Below are positions 44,101-53,734 of a stretch of 64,000 nucleotides of DNA, in pieces (position 1 is the stretch's first letter; every line of letters begins with the position of its first letter). The translations under genes were made by a program, and so were the position numbers. The stretch comes from Bacteroidales bacterium (lineage in GTDB: Bacteria > Bacteroidota > Bacteroidia > Bacteroidales > JAGONC01), in assembly GCA_028716265.1 (NCBI GenBank), contig JAQUQD010000006.1, positions 3,176-67,175 of the forward strand, read 5' to 3'. A model generated the notes under the pieces. It saw nothing but the letters and a program-made list of their open reading frames with translations. It made no database searches and was not told the origin of the DNA.

Positions 44101-45057
44101 CTACCTGGCATCTGCCAACTCGGAATTGTTATCCCGAACCACGATGACCAGGTATTTGGTCTTTTCCCAAAACCTCAGCGGATCGATTATCCGGATCGCC
44201 TCTACCCTGCCCTGGTGATCGATAAGCTGGTAGGACGACGGATCCTGATCCGTGATGATCTCGCAATGCCGCGCATCCACAGGGATCTCCGTGACCACCC
44301 GGGTATCTATCCTGTGTAACTGCGCGGGATCCAGTTCATTGCTGAGGATCTTCACCTGATTGATACCAAGAAATCCCCCTTCTTTCTCCAGGATCTTCCG
44401 GTCTTTAAGTGACTTGTAAGTTCCAATGACATAATAGGCTGTGTGCAACATCAGCTCCTTATCCTTTAACTGCTGGCTTTGCTCTTCAATAGTGGATGAT
44501 TTCTCCGCAAGATCCTGATCCAGTTTGTTCACCCTGACGACCAGCAGTTCCCGTTCCCGGACCACTTCATTCAGATCCTGCTGAAGCTTCTCCTTATCAG
44601 CGACAAGCCTGGCTACCTCGGATTTATATTCATCCAGCTTCTTCCTGAGATCTTTCTCCGTTTTCTGATACCCCGCCAGTCGCTTGTCCTTATCGTCCAA
44701 TTGCTGGTTCAGGCTGGAGATCAGATCATTGTTCTCATTCAGCAACTGCTCGATAATATCGATCTCATGCTGGATCCTTTGCTCCGGATCAAGCTCAGTA
44801 CCACTTTCGATATTCGACAGATTGTGATTTATCAATCCTTCATGTTCTCTAATTTGTGCAAGATTTGACTCGATCCGGCCAAAAGCATCCAGCATGTACT
44901 CCTCCTGAGCAGCCTGCATCTTGCGGCTTTCCTCCATGAGCTCCTTCTTCTGATCATACTGCCTGAGCGCAGCAATGATCCCTGCTGCCGCCACTAGGGT
45001 GACAAGCAGCAACACTATGTTCTTTAACATGGTCCTGTTTTTATTCTGAAGTTCCAT
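44101..45057 (-). CDS. Membrane-anchored coiled-coil protein with a globular C-terminal domain; function unknown, sigma-54 dependent
   Basis: 318-aa ORF with one N-terminal TM (IVLLLVTLVAAAGIIAAL). It has ~170 aa of heptad-rich E/K/L/Q sequence followed by a ~110-aa C-terminal domain. Confidence 0.75.
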   Translation of the reverse strand: MELQNKNRTMLKNIVLLLVTLVAAAGIIAALRQYDQKKELMEESRKMQAAQEEYMLDAFGRIESNLAQIREHEGLINHNLSNIESGTELDPEQRIQHEIDIIEQLLNENNDLISSLNQQLDDKDKRLAGYQKTEKDLRKKLDEYKSEVARLVADKEKLQQDLNEVVRERELLVVRVNKLDQDLAEKSSTIEEQSQQLKDKELMLHTAYYVIGTYKSLKDRKILEKEGGFLGINQVKILSNELDPAQLHRIDTRVVTEIPVDARHCEIITDQDPSSYQLIDHQGRVEAIRIIDPLRFWEKTKYLVIVVRDNNSELADAR

Positions 45058-45091
45058 CGTGATGTATTTTTATTTAATGACACGCGGGGAT

Positions 45092-45107
45092 TGCCAACCC
45101 TGTGCCA
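45092..45107 (-). promoter_or_regulatory. Sigma-54 (-24/-12) promoter
   Basis: The minus strand reads TGGCAC-AGGGT-TGGCA. The consensus is TGGCAC-N5-TTGCA, so GG and GC are correctly spaced with one mismatch. The -12 box ends 34 nt upstream of ATG 45057. Confidence 0.6.
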
Positions 45108-45186
45108 AAGGGTATATTGATCATAATATATTTATAATCAATGTATTATCAAGAAGAATAAAGATTTGGGGGATCAAAATAAAAGG

Positions 45187-45209
45187 AATTTTATCATTTT
45201 GATAAAATT
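45187..45209. promoter_or_regulatory. Perfect 10-bp inverted repeat AATTTTATCA-N3-TGATAAAATT; candidate activator-binding site (UAS) and/or terminator of the regulator gene
   Basis: It lies ~80-100 nt upstream of the -24 element and 12 nt downstream of the regulator stop (45221). A second imperfect IR (attgatcata-N7-tataatcaat) lies at 45116-45142. Confidence 0.35.
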
Positions 45210-45220
45210 CGTAGCAGATG

Positions 45221-46573
45221 TCACATCTCTTTCAACATCCGGTAAACAGTGGCCTGTCCAATTCCCAGTATGTTAGCGACCAACCTGACATTGTTGGAAT
45301 ATTTCTTCAGGTAGAATTTCAGAATATTTTTCTCATAATCCTTCAGGGTCATCTCGTCCGAAAGGATCTCCGTCAGGAGGTCGGAGTGGCTGAGCATGAT
45401 ATCCGATGGCTGGAGGGTGTCGCCGGAGCTCAGAACGATGGCCAGCTCGATCACGGATTTGAGTTCCCTCACGTTACCGGGCCACGGATAGGTGAGTAGC
45501 CGGTTCATGGCCTCATCCGAAAGGCTCCTGACCGGAAGGTGATTTTCCCTGCAATAGTTGTCCATGAAGTGACGTGCCAGGATCAATACGTCGTTGCCTC
45601 TTTCGCGAAGGGGGGGAAGATCGATCTGCAAGCCGAACAGGCGGTAGTAAAGATCCTGCCTCAGGGTGCCGTTCTTCACCTCTGTCTGCAGGTTACGGTT
45701 GCTGGCGACGATGATCCGGCAGTCGAATTTAATGATCTCATTGCTGCCCAGCCGGCTGATCTCACGTTCCTGCAGGGCCCGCAGAAGCTTGGGCTGAAAA
45801 TTGATGTCGGTGTCCGCGATTTCATCTAAAAACAGCGTACCTCCATGTGCCTCTTCCATCTTGCCGATACGGCGGGCATATGCGCCGGTAAAAGCTCCTT
45901 TCTCAAAACCAAAAAACTCACTTTCAAACAGTTCCGAAGGGACCGCACTCATATTGACCGGCACGAAAGGTTTGTCCTTCCGCGGAGAATGGAAATGGAT
46001 AGCTTTGGCGACCACTTCCTTGCCGGTTCCCGTTTCCCCCGTGATGGTCACTGTGATGTTGTTGGTGACCGCTTTGGCCATCAGATCAAGGACTTTCCGT
46101 ATGGCCTGGCTCTTGCCGACGACGACCTTTTCAAAATCATACCGGGTGATCACTTCCTGCTCAAGCATCCGTATCCGCTTTTTCAGGCCGGCATTCTTTC
46201 TGATCTTCCGAATGGCATTGTGCAGTCGTTGCGGGATCTCGTCGTTTTTCACCAGGTAATCAAAAGCTCCTTCGCGAAGCAGGTCCACTGCCGTCTGCAC
46301 ATCGGCCTGCTCGGAAATGATGATCACCTCGATCCCTTCGTCAAATTCCCTGATCTTTTTCAGCAGTTCCGATCCTTTAATGTCCGGCAGGCGGTAATCG
46401 AGTGTGATGATATCAGGTCGCTCATGCAAATGGGTGAGAAATTCCTTCCCGCTGAGAAAACCCCTGACATGATTCTCCTCGATCATGCTCAGGTGGTGCT
46501 GCAATAACCGGTTGTACCATTCGTTATCCTCCACCACAAAAATGGTCAGATGCTCTTCCTGCATATCGTTCAA
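45221..46573 (-). CDS. Sigma-54-dependent response regulator (REC + AAA+ bEBP + Fis-type HTH; NtrC family)
   Basis: 450-aa ORF. The receiver is IFVVEDNE...DIITLDYRLPD. Walker A is GETGTGKE. It has the GAFTGA loop (FEKGAFTGA), a C-terminal HTH and the tail GQATVYRMLKE. Confidence 0.9.
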   Translation of the reverse strand: MNDMQEEHLTIFVVEDNEWYNRLLQHHLSMIEENHVRGFLSGKEFLTHLHERPDIITLDYRLPDIKGSELLKKIREFDEGIEVIIISEQADVQTAVDLLREGAFDYLVKNDEIPQRLHNAIRKIRKNAGLKKRIRMLEQEVITRYDFEKVVVGKSQAIRKVLDLMAKAVTNNITVTITGETGTGKEVVAKAIHFHSPRKDKPFVPVNMSAVPSELFESEFFGFEKGAFTGAYARRIGKMEEAHGGTLFLDEIADTDINFQPKLLRALQEREISRLGSNEIIKFDCRIIVASNRNLQTEVKNGTLRQDLYYRLFGLQIDLPPLRERGNDVLILARHFMDNYCRENHLPVRSLSDEAMNRLLTYPWPGNVRELKSVIELAIVLSSGDTLQPSDIMLSHSDLLTEILSDEMTLKDYEKNILKFYLKKYSNNVRLVANILGIGQATVYRMLKEM

Positions 46574-46574
46574 G

Positions 46575-49145
46575 TTATCGTTTCAGTCCGTCAGATGTTG
46601 CGATGTCTTTCCTGATGCGTTCGAATTCCTGCACTGCCTGAAGGATCATATCAGCCGACAGCCAGTGTTTGTCCGGCTCTTTCATCAGGACCTCCGCCTC
46701 TTTCAGCAGGCGGTACAACGTTTCTGCTTTCAGGTGATGGCACGGGGAGCTGATCCGGTGAACGATCTCTGCTGCTCCGGTCCATTCCTGCCGGGCCAGG
46801 CAATCCGTGATCTCTTCAAGCCCCTGATCCGTATTGGAAATGAAAAGCTGCACCATTTCCCTGAAAAATGCCTCATCGCCACCACTTGCTTCCCTTAATG
46901 GAGTTAGATCATAGACCGGCTTTTCTATCGTTTCATGCGAAAATTCCTGATCCTCCTGCTGTTGTTCTGGCTGCTGAAGTTCCGGTGTGGAGACTGCAGC
47001 CCTTTGCCCGGGATAGGCAGAAAGTGTCCTATGTATGCATTGGATCAGCTGGTCTTCCTCGAAGGGTTTGGGTACGCAGCCATCAATGCCCATCTGGCTG
47101 AATTCATTCATACTGTCGGAGGTGACGGCAGCGCTTATGATGATGACTGGCACGGCAGAACCTTTTTGTTCAGTTGCACGCCGCATTTCCAGGGCTGCTT
47201 GATCGCCGCTCATGCCGGGAAGGTGAAGATCCATCAGGACCAGATCGACTTGCTGTGCATCCATCATCTGAAGGGCATCCTCACCTGTCTTTGCCTCAAA
47301 AACCATGCATCCGTACCGTTTCAGGATGACCTGCAGGAGCTTAAGGTTGTACTCCTCGTCATCCACAATAAGAACGCGGAGGCCGTTCAGGTCCGTTGTT
47401 TCTGCCGAATCCACGCGGACATCTGCCACCGCTTCACCTTTAGCTTTCAGGTATGGGATGCTGACCCGGAAGGATGATCCCTCCCCCACCTTGCTTTCAA
47501 CATTCAGGCTGCCACCGTGAAGTTCGATCAGTTTCCGGGTGATGGTCAGCCCCAGTCCTGTGCCTCCTGAATCCAGTCGTTTGGGCCCGCTACCCTGTTC
47601 AAACTCATCAAAGATCTTTTTCAGATCCTCCGGCCCAATCCCTATGCCGGTATCATTCACTTCAAAGACAACCAGGACCTTGTCATCGGTGATCTCCTTG
47701 GGGAAAGCCCTGATGGAGACCTGCCCCTTTTCAGTGAACTTGAATGCGTTACCTGTCAGGTTGAAAAGGATCTGCCGAAGGCGCATCGGATCGCCTGCCA
47801 CCAGCTGCGGGACCCCGGGTCCTACCCATGCACTCAGCTGGATGTTCTTTTCATCTGCGACCGGTTCAAACCACTTTCGCATGTCTTCCATGATCTCACG
47901 GATGCTGAAGGTTCGCTGAACCAGCTCCAGCTTGCCTGCCTGAAGCTTCGAAAGGTCAAGCAGATCATTCAGGATGCCCAGGAGATGGTCTGACGACTTT
48001 TTCACCATCCCGAGCTGATCCCTCTGTTCATTATCCAGCCTGCTTTTAAGCAGTTGGTAGATAAAACCCGAGATGATGTTCATGGGAGTCCGGATCTCGT
48101 GGCTCATGTTCGCATAGAACCTTTCTTTGGCCTTCGACAGGTCTTCAGCCTCTTCCTTTGCACGTTTGAGCGCCTTCTGATACAGCATATTCTTACGCAC
48201 GTACCGGAAGATCACCAGGGCGGCCATCAATAAAAGCACGGAGGCTGAAATCCCGAAAGCGAAAATGATCTGCTTGACCTCGTCGGCCTTCTGCTCCGTA
48301 TCCCTGGTCCGTCCCGACATGGTCTCCTTCTCAACAGATTCGATCTTTGCGAGCACCCTGCGGATCTGTTCCATCAACAACCGGTCCTGCTGCAACACGT
48401 TCCACTCTTCCTGCCTGAGTATATTCTCCCTTGTCAGGGCTTCCTGCTGGACCATGCCGACCTGTTCGCTGATCTCATCAGATGTAACTGCCGGAGGCAC
48501 TGTTGTCGTAATGAGAACCGTATCAGGCTGTATCTGTTCTGGTGGCTTTTTACGGCGAAAGATCCGTGAAAAAAAACTTCCCTTTTGCATCGTATCGCTG
48601 ACTACCACCGTATCACTAACCACCACTGTATCCGAAACAGCCGGAAGCTCAGGCTTCCTCTCTTTGCGGATCTTTTCCATTACCTGGTCCATGGTTTGCT
48701 GAACCCTGTACTCGTCCTGGATGGAGAGCATCCGGTCAAGGTTCATGAACTTACGAATGACAATGCTGTCAAGGGTGAGGATGTATGGAAACATCGGATC
48801 ACTCCGGCTGCACGTGCTTTTAAGCTCCTCAAAGCGATCTCCGGTGGCCTCGATGAGGGCGTAGAACCGATCCATCTCCTCTCCGTTCCTAGTAAGACTG
48901 TAGGATTTCACACTGTTTTCCGCTTCCGACAGATCATTGTAGATCTCTTTGACCAGGATCAGCTTCTGATCGGGCCGGATGCCCAGATTCACCGTCTGGA
49001 TGATCTGGTCGAGCCGAATATAGGAAAGCACGCCGGTCGCAATGACCAGAAGGAACACCAGAAATAGGGTGATGGCGACGATGACCTCGAGCGTAAAGTG
49101 TTTCCTGGGTTCCTTGCCCGTACGGATTGTTTTGCCGGCTTCCAC
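46575..49145 (-). CDS. Hybrid sensor histidine kinase (periplasmic CHASE3-like sensor, HisKA, HATPase, REC, HPt)
   Basis: 856-aa ORF. H-box MSHEIRTPMN, G1 DTGIGI, G2 GGTGLGLTI, receiver VLIVDDEE...DLVLMDLHLPGMSG and HPt HRISSPCHHL are present. Its stop is 1 nt from the regulator start. Confidence 0.9.
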   Translation of the reverse strand: MEAGKTIRTGKEPRKHFTLEVIVAITLFLVFLLVIATGVLSYIRLDQIIQTVNLGIRPDQKLILVKEIYNDLSEAENSVKSYSLTRNGEEMDRFYALIEATGDRFEELKSTCSRSDPMFPYILTLDSIVIRKFMNLDRMLSIQDEYRVQQTMDQVMEKIRKERKPELPAVSDTVVVSDTVVVSDTMQKGSFFSRIFRRKKPPEQIQPDTVLITTTVPPAVTSDEISEQVGMVQQEALTRENILRQEEWNVLQQDRLLMEQIRRVLAKIESVEKETMSGRTRDTEQKADEVKQIIFAFGISASVLLLMAALVIFRYVRKNMLYQKALKRAKEEAEDLSKAKERFYANMSHEIRTPMNIISGFIYQLLKSRLDNEQRDQLGMVKKSSDHLLGILNDLLDLSKLQAGKLELVQRTFSIREIMEDMRKWFEPVADEKNIQLSAWVGPGVPQLVAGDPMRLRQILFNLTGNAFKFTEKGQVSIRAFPKEITDDKVLVVFEVNDTGIGIGPEDLKKIFDEFEQGSGPKRLDSGGTGLGLTITRKLIELHGGSLNVESKVGEGSSFRVSIPYLKAKGEAVADVRVDSAETTDLNGLRVLIVDDEEYNLKLLQVILKRYGCMVFEAKTGEDALQMMDAQQVDLVLMDLHLPGMSGDQAALEMRRATEQKGSAVPVIIISAAVTSDSMNEFSQMGIDGCVPKPFEEDQLIQCIHRTLSAYPGQRAAVSTPELQQPEQQQEDQEFSHETIEKPVYDLTPLREASGGDEAFFREMVQLFISNTDQGLEEITDCLARQEWTGAAEIVHRISSPCHHLKAETLYRLLKEAEVLMKEPDKHWLSADMILQAVQEFERIRKDIATSDGLKR

Positions 49146-49312
49146 GGTGTCTTACAATTCAAAAAAACTAAAGTACAATAAAAAAATGTAACTTTACCCG
49201 CTATGATCTATAACGGCAAAGTTTTTTACGTGATTCCGAGTCTAGGATCAAGTGCTATTCATGATTGCATGTGAACTTCGATGTATAATCTAAATCCAAT
49301 TTCTAACTAAAC

Positions 49313-49561
49313 ATGCAAAAACAGATTTTCCAGATCCAGGTAGCATTAAGGGGCTTCAAACCAAAAATTTGGAGGCGATTGCTGGTTCCTTCCGACCTGT
49401 TGCTTTCCGATTTCCATTGTGTTATTCAAAGAGCTATGGGTTGGGAGGATGATCATTTACATCAGTTTATCAAAAACCGGACTTTTTATACGGTAAGAAT
49501 GAAAGTTGACCTTCGTGATCCTTTGTGGTTAAGTACTATGATGCATTCCACAGGGGGATAG
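49313..49561 (+). pseudogene. pRiA4b ORF-3-like (PF07929-type) protein, N-terminal fragment
   Basis: IFQIQVALRGFKPKIWRRLLVPSDLLLSDFHCVIQRAMGWEDDHLHQF matches the family N-terminus. The ORF degenerates after ~60 aa and lacks the C-terminal half. Confidence 0.6.
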
Positions 49562-49600
49562 CTCAAATCACATTAAAAAAGGCATTATTAAATTTAATCC

Positions 49601-50056
49601 ATGAAAAATTCAATTTCACTTTTACCCTTGGTTTTCCTCCTATTAGCAATGGTTTCCTGTAATCCAAAGACTGAAATTAAGTATTCAGCAGACTACAGGG
49701 AAGAGATCCGCCAGACGGAATACGAATTCCAGGTCGCCGCTCAGGAAGACGGCATCGCTGAAGCATTTTACCGGTTTGCAGATCCATCGGCCATCATCAA
49801 AAGGGGACACGATTCCCTGATCAGCGGGAAAGAAGGGGTCAGGAATTATTACGATCGTGAGGTATACAAAAATGCATCCGTTGAATGGGAGCCCGATTTC
49901 ATTGAGGTTTCCGTGACAGGAGACCTGGGTTACAGTTACGGCAACTATTGCTGGCAATTCACAGATACGGCAGGACAGGTCAGCGAACACAGGGGGATTT
50001 ACATGACCATCTGGAAAAGACAGGCAGACGGAACGTGGAAATACGTATGGGACTAA
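49601..50056 (+). CDS. NTF2-like (DUF4440/SnoaL-like) lipoprotein
   Basis: 151-aa ORF with lipobox LLAMVSC. It ends ...YMTIWKRQADGTWKYVWD, typical of DUF4440. Confidence 0.7.
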   Translation: MKNSISLLPLVFLLLAMVSCNPKTEIKYSADYREEIRQTEYEFQVAAQEDGIAEAFYRFADPSAIIKRGHDSLISGKEGVRNYYDREVYKNASVEWEPDFIEVSVTGDLGYSYGNYCWQFTDTAGQVSEHRGIYMTIWKRQADGTWKYVWD

Positions 50057-51553
50057 ATGAAGACGCTGGGGCTTGACATTGGCAGTTCCTTCATCAAGGC
50101 TGCCATCTATGATGTGGGATCGGGAGTGTGCATAGCACGAGCCCAGACGCCGGATCAGGAAATGCAGATCCTTGCTCCGCGAAAAGGATGGGCCGAGCAA
50201 TCCCCTGAATCCTGGTGGGAATATGCCGTAGCAGCCATCCGGCAGGTCGTCCGGCAGGCCGGAAAAGAAGCGGAGGAAATAACGGCTATTGGCATCACCT
50301 ACCAGATGCACGGGCTGGTGTGTGTGGGTAACGACGGTGTGCCACTGAGAAATGCCATCATCTGGTGTGACAGCCGCGCTGTGGAGACAGGCAACCGGAT
50401 GGCCATTAAGCTGGGCCGTGAGTACTGCCAGGAGCATCTTCTCAATTCACCCGGAAATTTTACGGCAGCCAAGCTTGCCTGGTTGATGGAGAACGAGCCT
50501 GATGTGTATGAAAGGATCCGGCATGTGATGCTGCCTGGCGACTATATTGCTTACCGGCTTACCGGCGATATCCGCACTACGGTCAGCGGATTGTCCGAAG
50601 GGATATTCTGGGATTTCAGGGATAGAAGGATCTCTGATGAGCTCCTTGAGGTCGCCGGGATCCGGAAAGATCTTTTACCCGAATGTGTACCCGCCTTTGG
50701 CAATCAGGGAATCTTACGTTATGGAGTAGCCGTTGAACTCGGACTGCCGGGAGGTATACCTGTCACTTACCGTGCCGGCGACCAGCCCAACAATGCCCTC
50801 TCGCTGAATGTACTAAGGCCGGGCGAGGTGGCCGCCACAGCCGGGACGTCGGGAGTGATCTATGCTGTCACGGATCAGTTGCTTTCCGATCCGCTGTCAC
50901 GTATCAATACGTTCGCACATGTCAATCACGGTCCGGACCGGCAAAGGCTTGGCGTTTTGCTGTGCATCAACGGCACCGGGATATTGAATTCGTGGCTGAA
51001 GAAAAATGTGGCGGCCGGTGAAGGCTATGATGAAATGAACCACATGGCAGCCATTATCCCGCCTGGTTCTCAGGGACTGGTGATACTGCCGTTTGGCAAC
51101 GGGGCCGAAAGGGTCCTTCAAAACAGGGATATCGGTTGCCGAATCCTTGGACTGAATTTCAACATCCACACACAGGCGCATCTTTTCAGGGCGGCACAGG
51201 AAGGCATTGCTTTCGCAATGAATTACGGCCTAGACATCATGAGGCAGCATTCCATCTCACCCTCCGTTATCCGGGCGGGCTTTGCCAATATGTTCCTCAG
51301 CCCGCTGTTCCGGCAGACCCTTTCCGATGTGACGCACATCCCCACCGATCTGTACGATACCGACGGGGCTACTGGCGCTGCCATTGGCGCTGCCGTGGGG
51401 GCAGGAGCCGGATCCCCCGAAGAAATTCTGGGGAAACTGAAGAAAAAAATGATGATCGTACCTTCTTCCATGAAAGGAAATACAACAGATGCATACCTTC
51501 TTTGGAAAGATTTTCTTGATAAAGAGATCAAAATACAGATAGATTCACTTTAA
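50057..51553 (+). CDS. xylB: Xylulokinase (FGGY family)
   Basis: 498-aa ORF with LGLDIGSSFIKAA and TYQMHGLV. It lies directly upstream of xylA. Confidence 0.88.
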   Translation: MKTLGLDIGSSFIKAAIYDVGSGVCIARAQTPDQEMQILAPRKGWAEQSPESWWEYAVAAIRQVVRQAGKEAEEITAIGITYQMHGLVCVGNDGVPLRNAIIWCDSRAVETGNRMAIKLGREYCQEHLLNSPGNFTAAKLAWLMENEPDVYERIRHVMLPGDYIAYRLTGDIRTTVSGLSEGIFWDFRDRRISDELLEVAGIRKDLLPECVPAFGNQGILRYGVAVELGLPGGIPVTYRAGDQPNNALSLNVLRPGEVAATAGTSGVIYAVTDQLLSDPLSRINTFAHVNHGPDRQRLGVLLCINGTGILNSWLKKNVAAGEGYDEMNHMAAIIPPGSQGLVILPFGNGAERVLQNRDIGCRILGLNFNIHTQAHLFRAAQEGIAFAMNYGLDIMRQHSISPSVIRAGFANMFLSPLFRQTLSDVTHIPTDLYDTDGATGAAIGAAVGAGAGSPEEILGKLKKKMMIVPSSMKGNTTDAYLLWKDFLDKEIKIQIDSL

Positions 51554-51571
51554 TCAATAAACACAAGCTAG

Positions 51572-52897
51572 ATGAATATCGCGATCGGGAACAGGGAATT
51601 TTTTCCGGGAATAGGAAAAATCCAGTTCGAAGGAAAGAATACAAAAGATCCACTGGCATTTCACTGGTACGACGAGCATCAGATGGTGGCCGGCAAGACC
51701 ATGAAGGAACACCTGCGGTTTGCCATGGCATACTGGCATACGCTCTGCAACACGGGTAACGATCCGTTCGGTCCGGGCACAAAAACATTCCCCTGGGAGT
51801 TAGCGTCCGACATGATGCAGCGTAACCGTGACCGGATGGATGCCGCATTTGAGTTCATGACTAAGACAGGGATCCCTTTCTGGTGCTTCCACGATACCGA
51901 TGTGGCAGGCGACGGAAGTGTGGCCGAAATTGAAGAACGGCTGAGAAAGATGGTGGAGTATGCCCTGCAAAAACAAAAGGCCTCCGGTATCAGGCTGCTG
52001 TGGGGCACGGCCAACGTTTTCGGCAATCCTCGTTATATGAACGGAGCCTCCACCAATCCCGACTTCTTGGTGGTGGCCCACGCCGGCACCCAGGTCAGGA
52101 ACGCCCTCGACGCGACGATCGCACTGGGTGGCGAAAATTACGTTTTCTGGGGCGGGCGCGAAGGATATCTATCGCTGCTCAATACCAATACAAAACGCGA
52201 AAAAGAACACCTTGCACGCTTCCTGACCATGGCACGGGACTACGCCCGCGGTAAAGGTTTCAGGGGTACTTTCCTGATTGAACCCAAGCCCATGGAGCCG
52301 ACCAAACACCAATATGATTTCGACGCTGAAACGGTAATAGGCTTTCTTAGGTATTTCGGACTGGATAAGGATTTCAAGCTGAATATCGAGGTGAACCATG
52401 CAACGCTGGCGGGTCATTCGTTCGAACATGAGCTTCAGATGGCAGCGGACGCAGGATTGCTGGGCAGCATCGACGCCAACCGGGGCGACAGCCAGAACGG
52501 CTGGGACACCGACCAGTTCCCCGTGAACCTCTATGAAACCGTGGAAGCGATGCTGGTGATCCTGCAGGCAGGCGGACTGGCTCCCGGAGGGATCAACTTC
52601 GACGCCAAGACCCGCCGCAACTCCACCAACCTGGAAGATATCTTCATTGCCCATATTACGGCCATGGACACCTTCGCCAGAGCTCTGGTTATCGCCGATA
52701 CAATCCTGAAGGAATCTGGTTTTCTCAAACTCCGGCAGGAACGGTACGCTTCGTTTGATTTAGGAAAGGGAAAGGAATTTGAGCAGGGCATGCTTACGAT
52801 GGATGATCTCAGGCAGATAGCGCTCAGCCATGGCGAACCCCTCCAGATCAGCGGTAAACAGGAATTGTTTGAACAAATGATCAATCTTTATATTTAG
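51572..52897 (+). CDS. xylA: Xylose isomerase
   Basis: 441-aa ORF with [27 protein letters not shown] and [12 protein letters not shown]. Confidence 0.93.
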   Translation: MNIAIGNREFFPGIGKIQFEGKNTKDPLAFHWYDEHQMVAGKTMKEHLRFAMAYWHTLCNTGNDPFGPGTKTFPWELASDMMQRNRDRMDAAFEFMTKTGIPFWCFHDTDVAGDGSVAEIEERLRKMVEYALQKQKASGIRLLWGTANVFGNPRYMNGASTNPDFLVVAHAGTQVRNALDATIALGGENYVFWGGREGYLSLLNTNTKREKEHLARFLTMARDYARGKGFRGTFLIEPKPMEPTKHQYDFDAETVIGFLRYFGLDKDFKLNIEVNHATLAGHSFEHELQMAADAGLLGSIDANRGDSQNGWDTDQFPVNLYETVEAMLVILQAGGLAPGGINFDAKTRRNSTNLEDIFIAHITAMDTFARALVIADTILKESGFLKLRQERYASFDLGKGKEFEQGMLTMDDLRQIALSHGEPLQISGKQELFEQMINLYI

Positions 52898-52975
52898 TTA
52901 TATACGCCTATAGCAGCTGGTCAATGCTGACCAGTGTCCCTGGCATGAAAAATCGTCGATTGCGCTTAGAAAAAC

Positions 52976-53188
52976 ATGCAAGAATATGGAAGTGAGCTAA
53001 AAATATCAAAAATTACCACAGCACAGGAAGCCCGGCAGGCTCCGTCGGGTTTTGGTGTTCTCAGTCTTCTGCATGACGGAAAGCTGCTAGAAGATCATTA
53101 TATCAGTGAAACGCGGTTCAAGAAAATTTTGAAAACTAAAGGTTGTGCCCGTTCCGAAAAATTATCATTTTGGACTAAAATCCATTAA
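52976..53188 (+). CDS. YoaP-like domain protein (stand-alone, or a C-terminal remnant of a GNAT-YoaP fusion)
   Basis: 70-aa ORF. TAQEARQAPSGFGVLSLLHDGKLLEDHYISETRFKKIL resembles the YoaP C-terminal domain. No acetyltransferase half lies upstream. Confidence 0.45.
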   Translation: MQEYGSELKISKITTAQEARQAPSGFGVLSLLHDGKLLEDHYISETRFKKILKTKGCARSEKLSFWTKIH

Positions 53189-53445
53189 CTGGTTGATTAT
53201 CAGTTACCCCAGCCTAAAGGCCCGGGTAATGCAAAGTACTGGTTTATAGTGCTTTAGCCCTAAATTAAGGTTCATCAGTCCCCTTTCGGAGGAGATTCAA
53301 TTTTGAATTCAGAACCTTGACGCACGAAAATGGAGCTCTCTTGTACTTCGAAGCCATACTGAGGACAGCATAATTCACAGGTGGTATGTTTGACCTCATT
53401 CATGCACGGGATGACATCCTGTTATCCCATTTTACCAAGTTACAC

Positions 53446-53682
53446 TTATCGTTTAAGGATATTGATCAACGCTATGATCAGATTGATCAGGAGCGTCAAT
53501 CCCAGGCTGATCAGTACCATCGAGGTAATGGGAATGGATAATCTGCTGTGTTCACGTTCGATCCGGACATCCCCTGGCAGTTTGCCAAACCAGCCAAAAA
53601 GCCAGGGGGCATAGAGTAAAATAACTCCCGCTATAATTAAAATGCATCCGATTATTATTATCCATAGGGCAAATGGCTTCAT
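53446..53682 (-). CDS. DUF2905-family small membrane protein
   Basis: 78-aa ORF with two TM segments and the motif GKLPGDVRIERE. Confidence 0.75.
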   Translation of the reverse strand: MKPFALWIIIIGCILIIAGVILLYAPWLFGWFGKLPGDVRIEREHSRLSIPITSMVLISLGLTLLINLIIALINILKR

Positions 53683-53734
53683 TATTTCCTGGTTATGATT
53701 CGTTCAGATTGGTTATCCTGGACCATAAAGTTAG

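Noticed and set aside
48590-48640. 15-bp tandem repeat in the hybrid kinase encoding (VSDTV)x3
   Set aside because: This is real but minor. It is an in-frame, low-complexity duplication in the periplasmic/linker region with no evident functional implication. I noted it only as a potential length-polymorphic site.
52914-52935. Hairpin CTGGTCA-atgc-TGACCAG after xylA as an intrinsic terminator
   Set aside because: The stem is only 7 bp and no U-tract follows, so the evidence is too weak to list as a feature.
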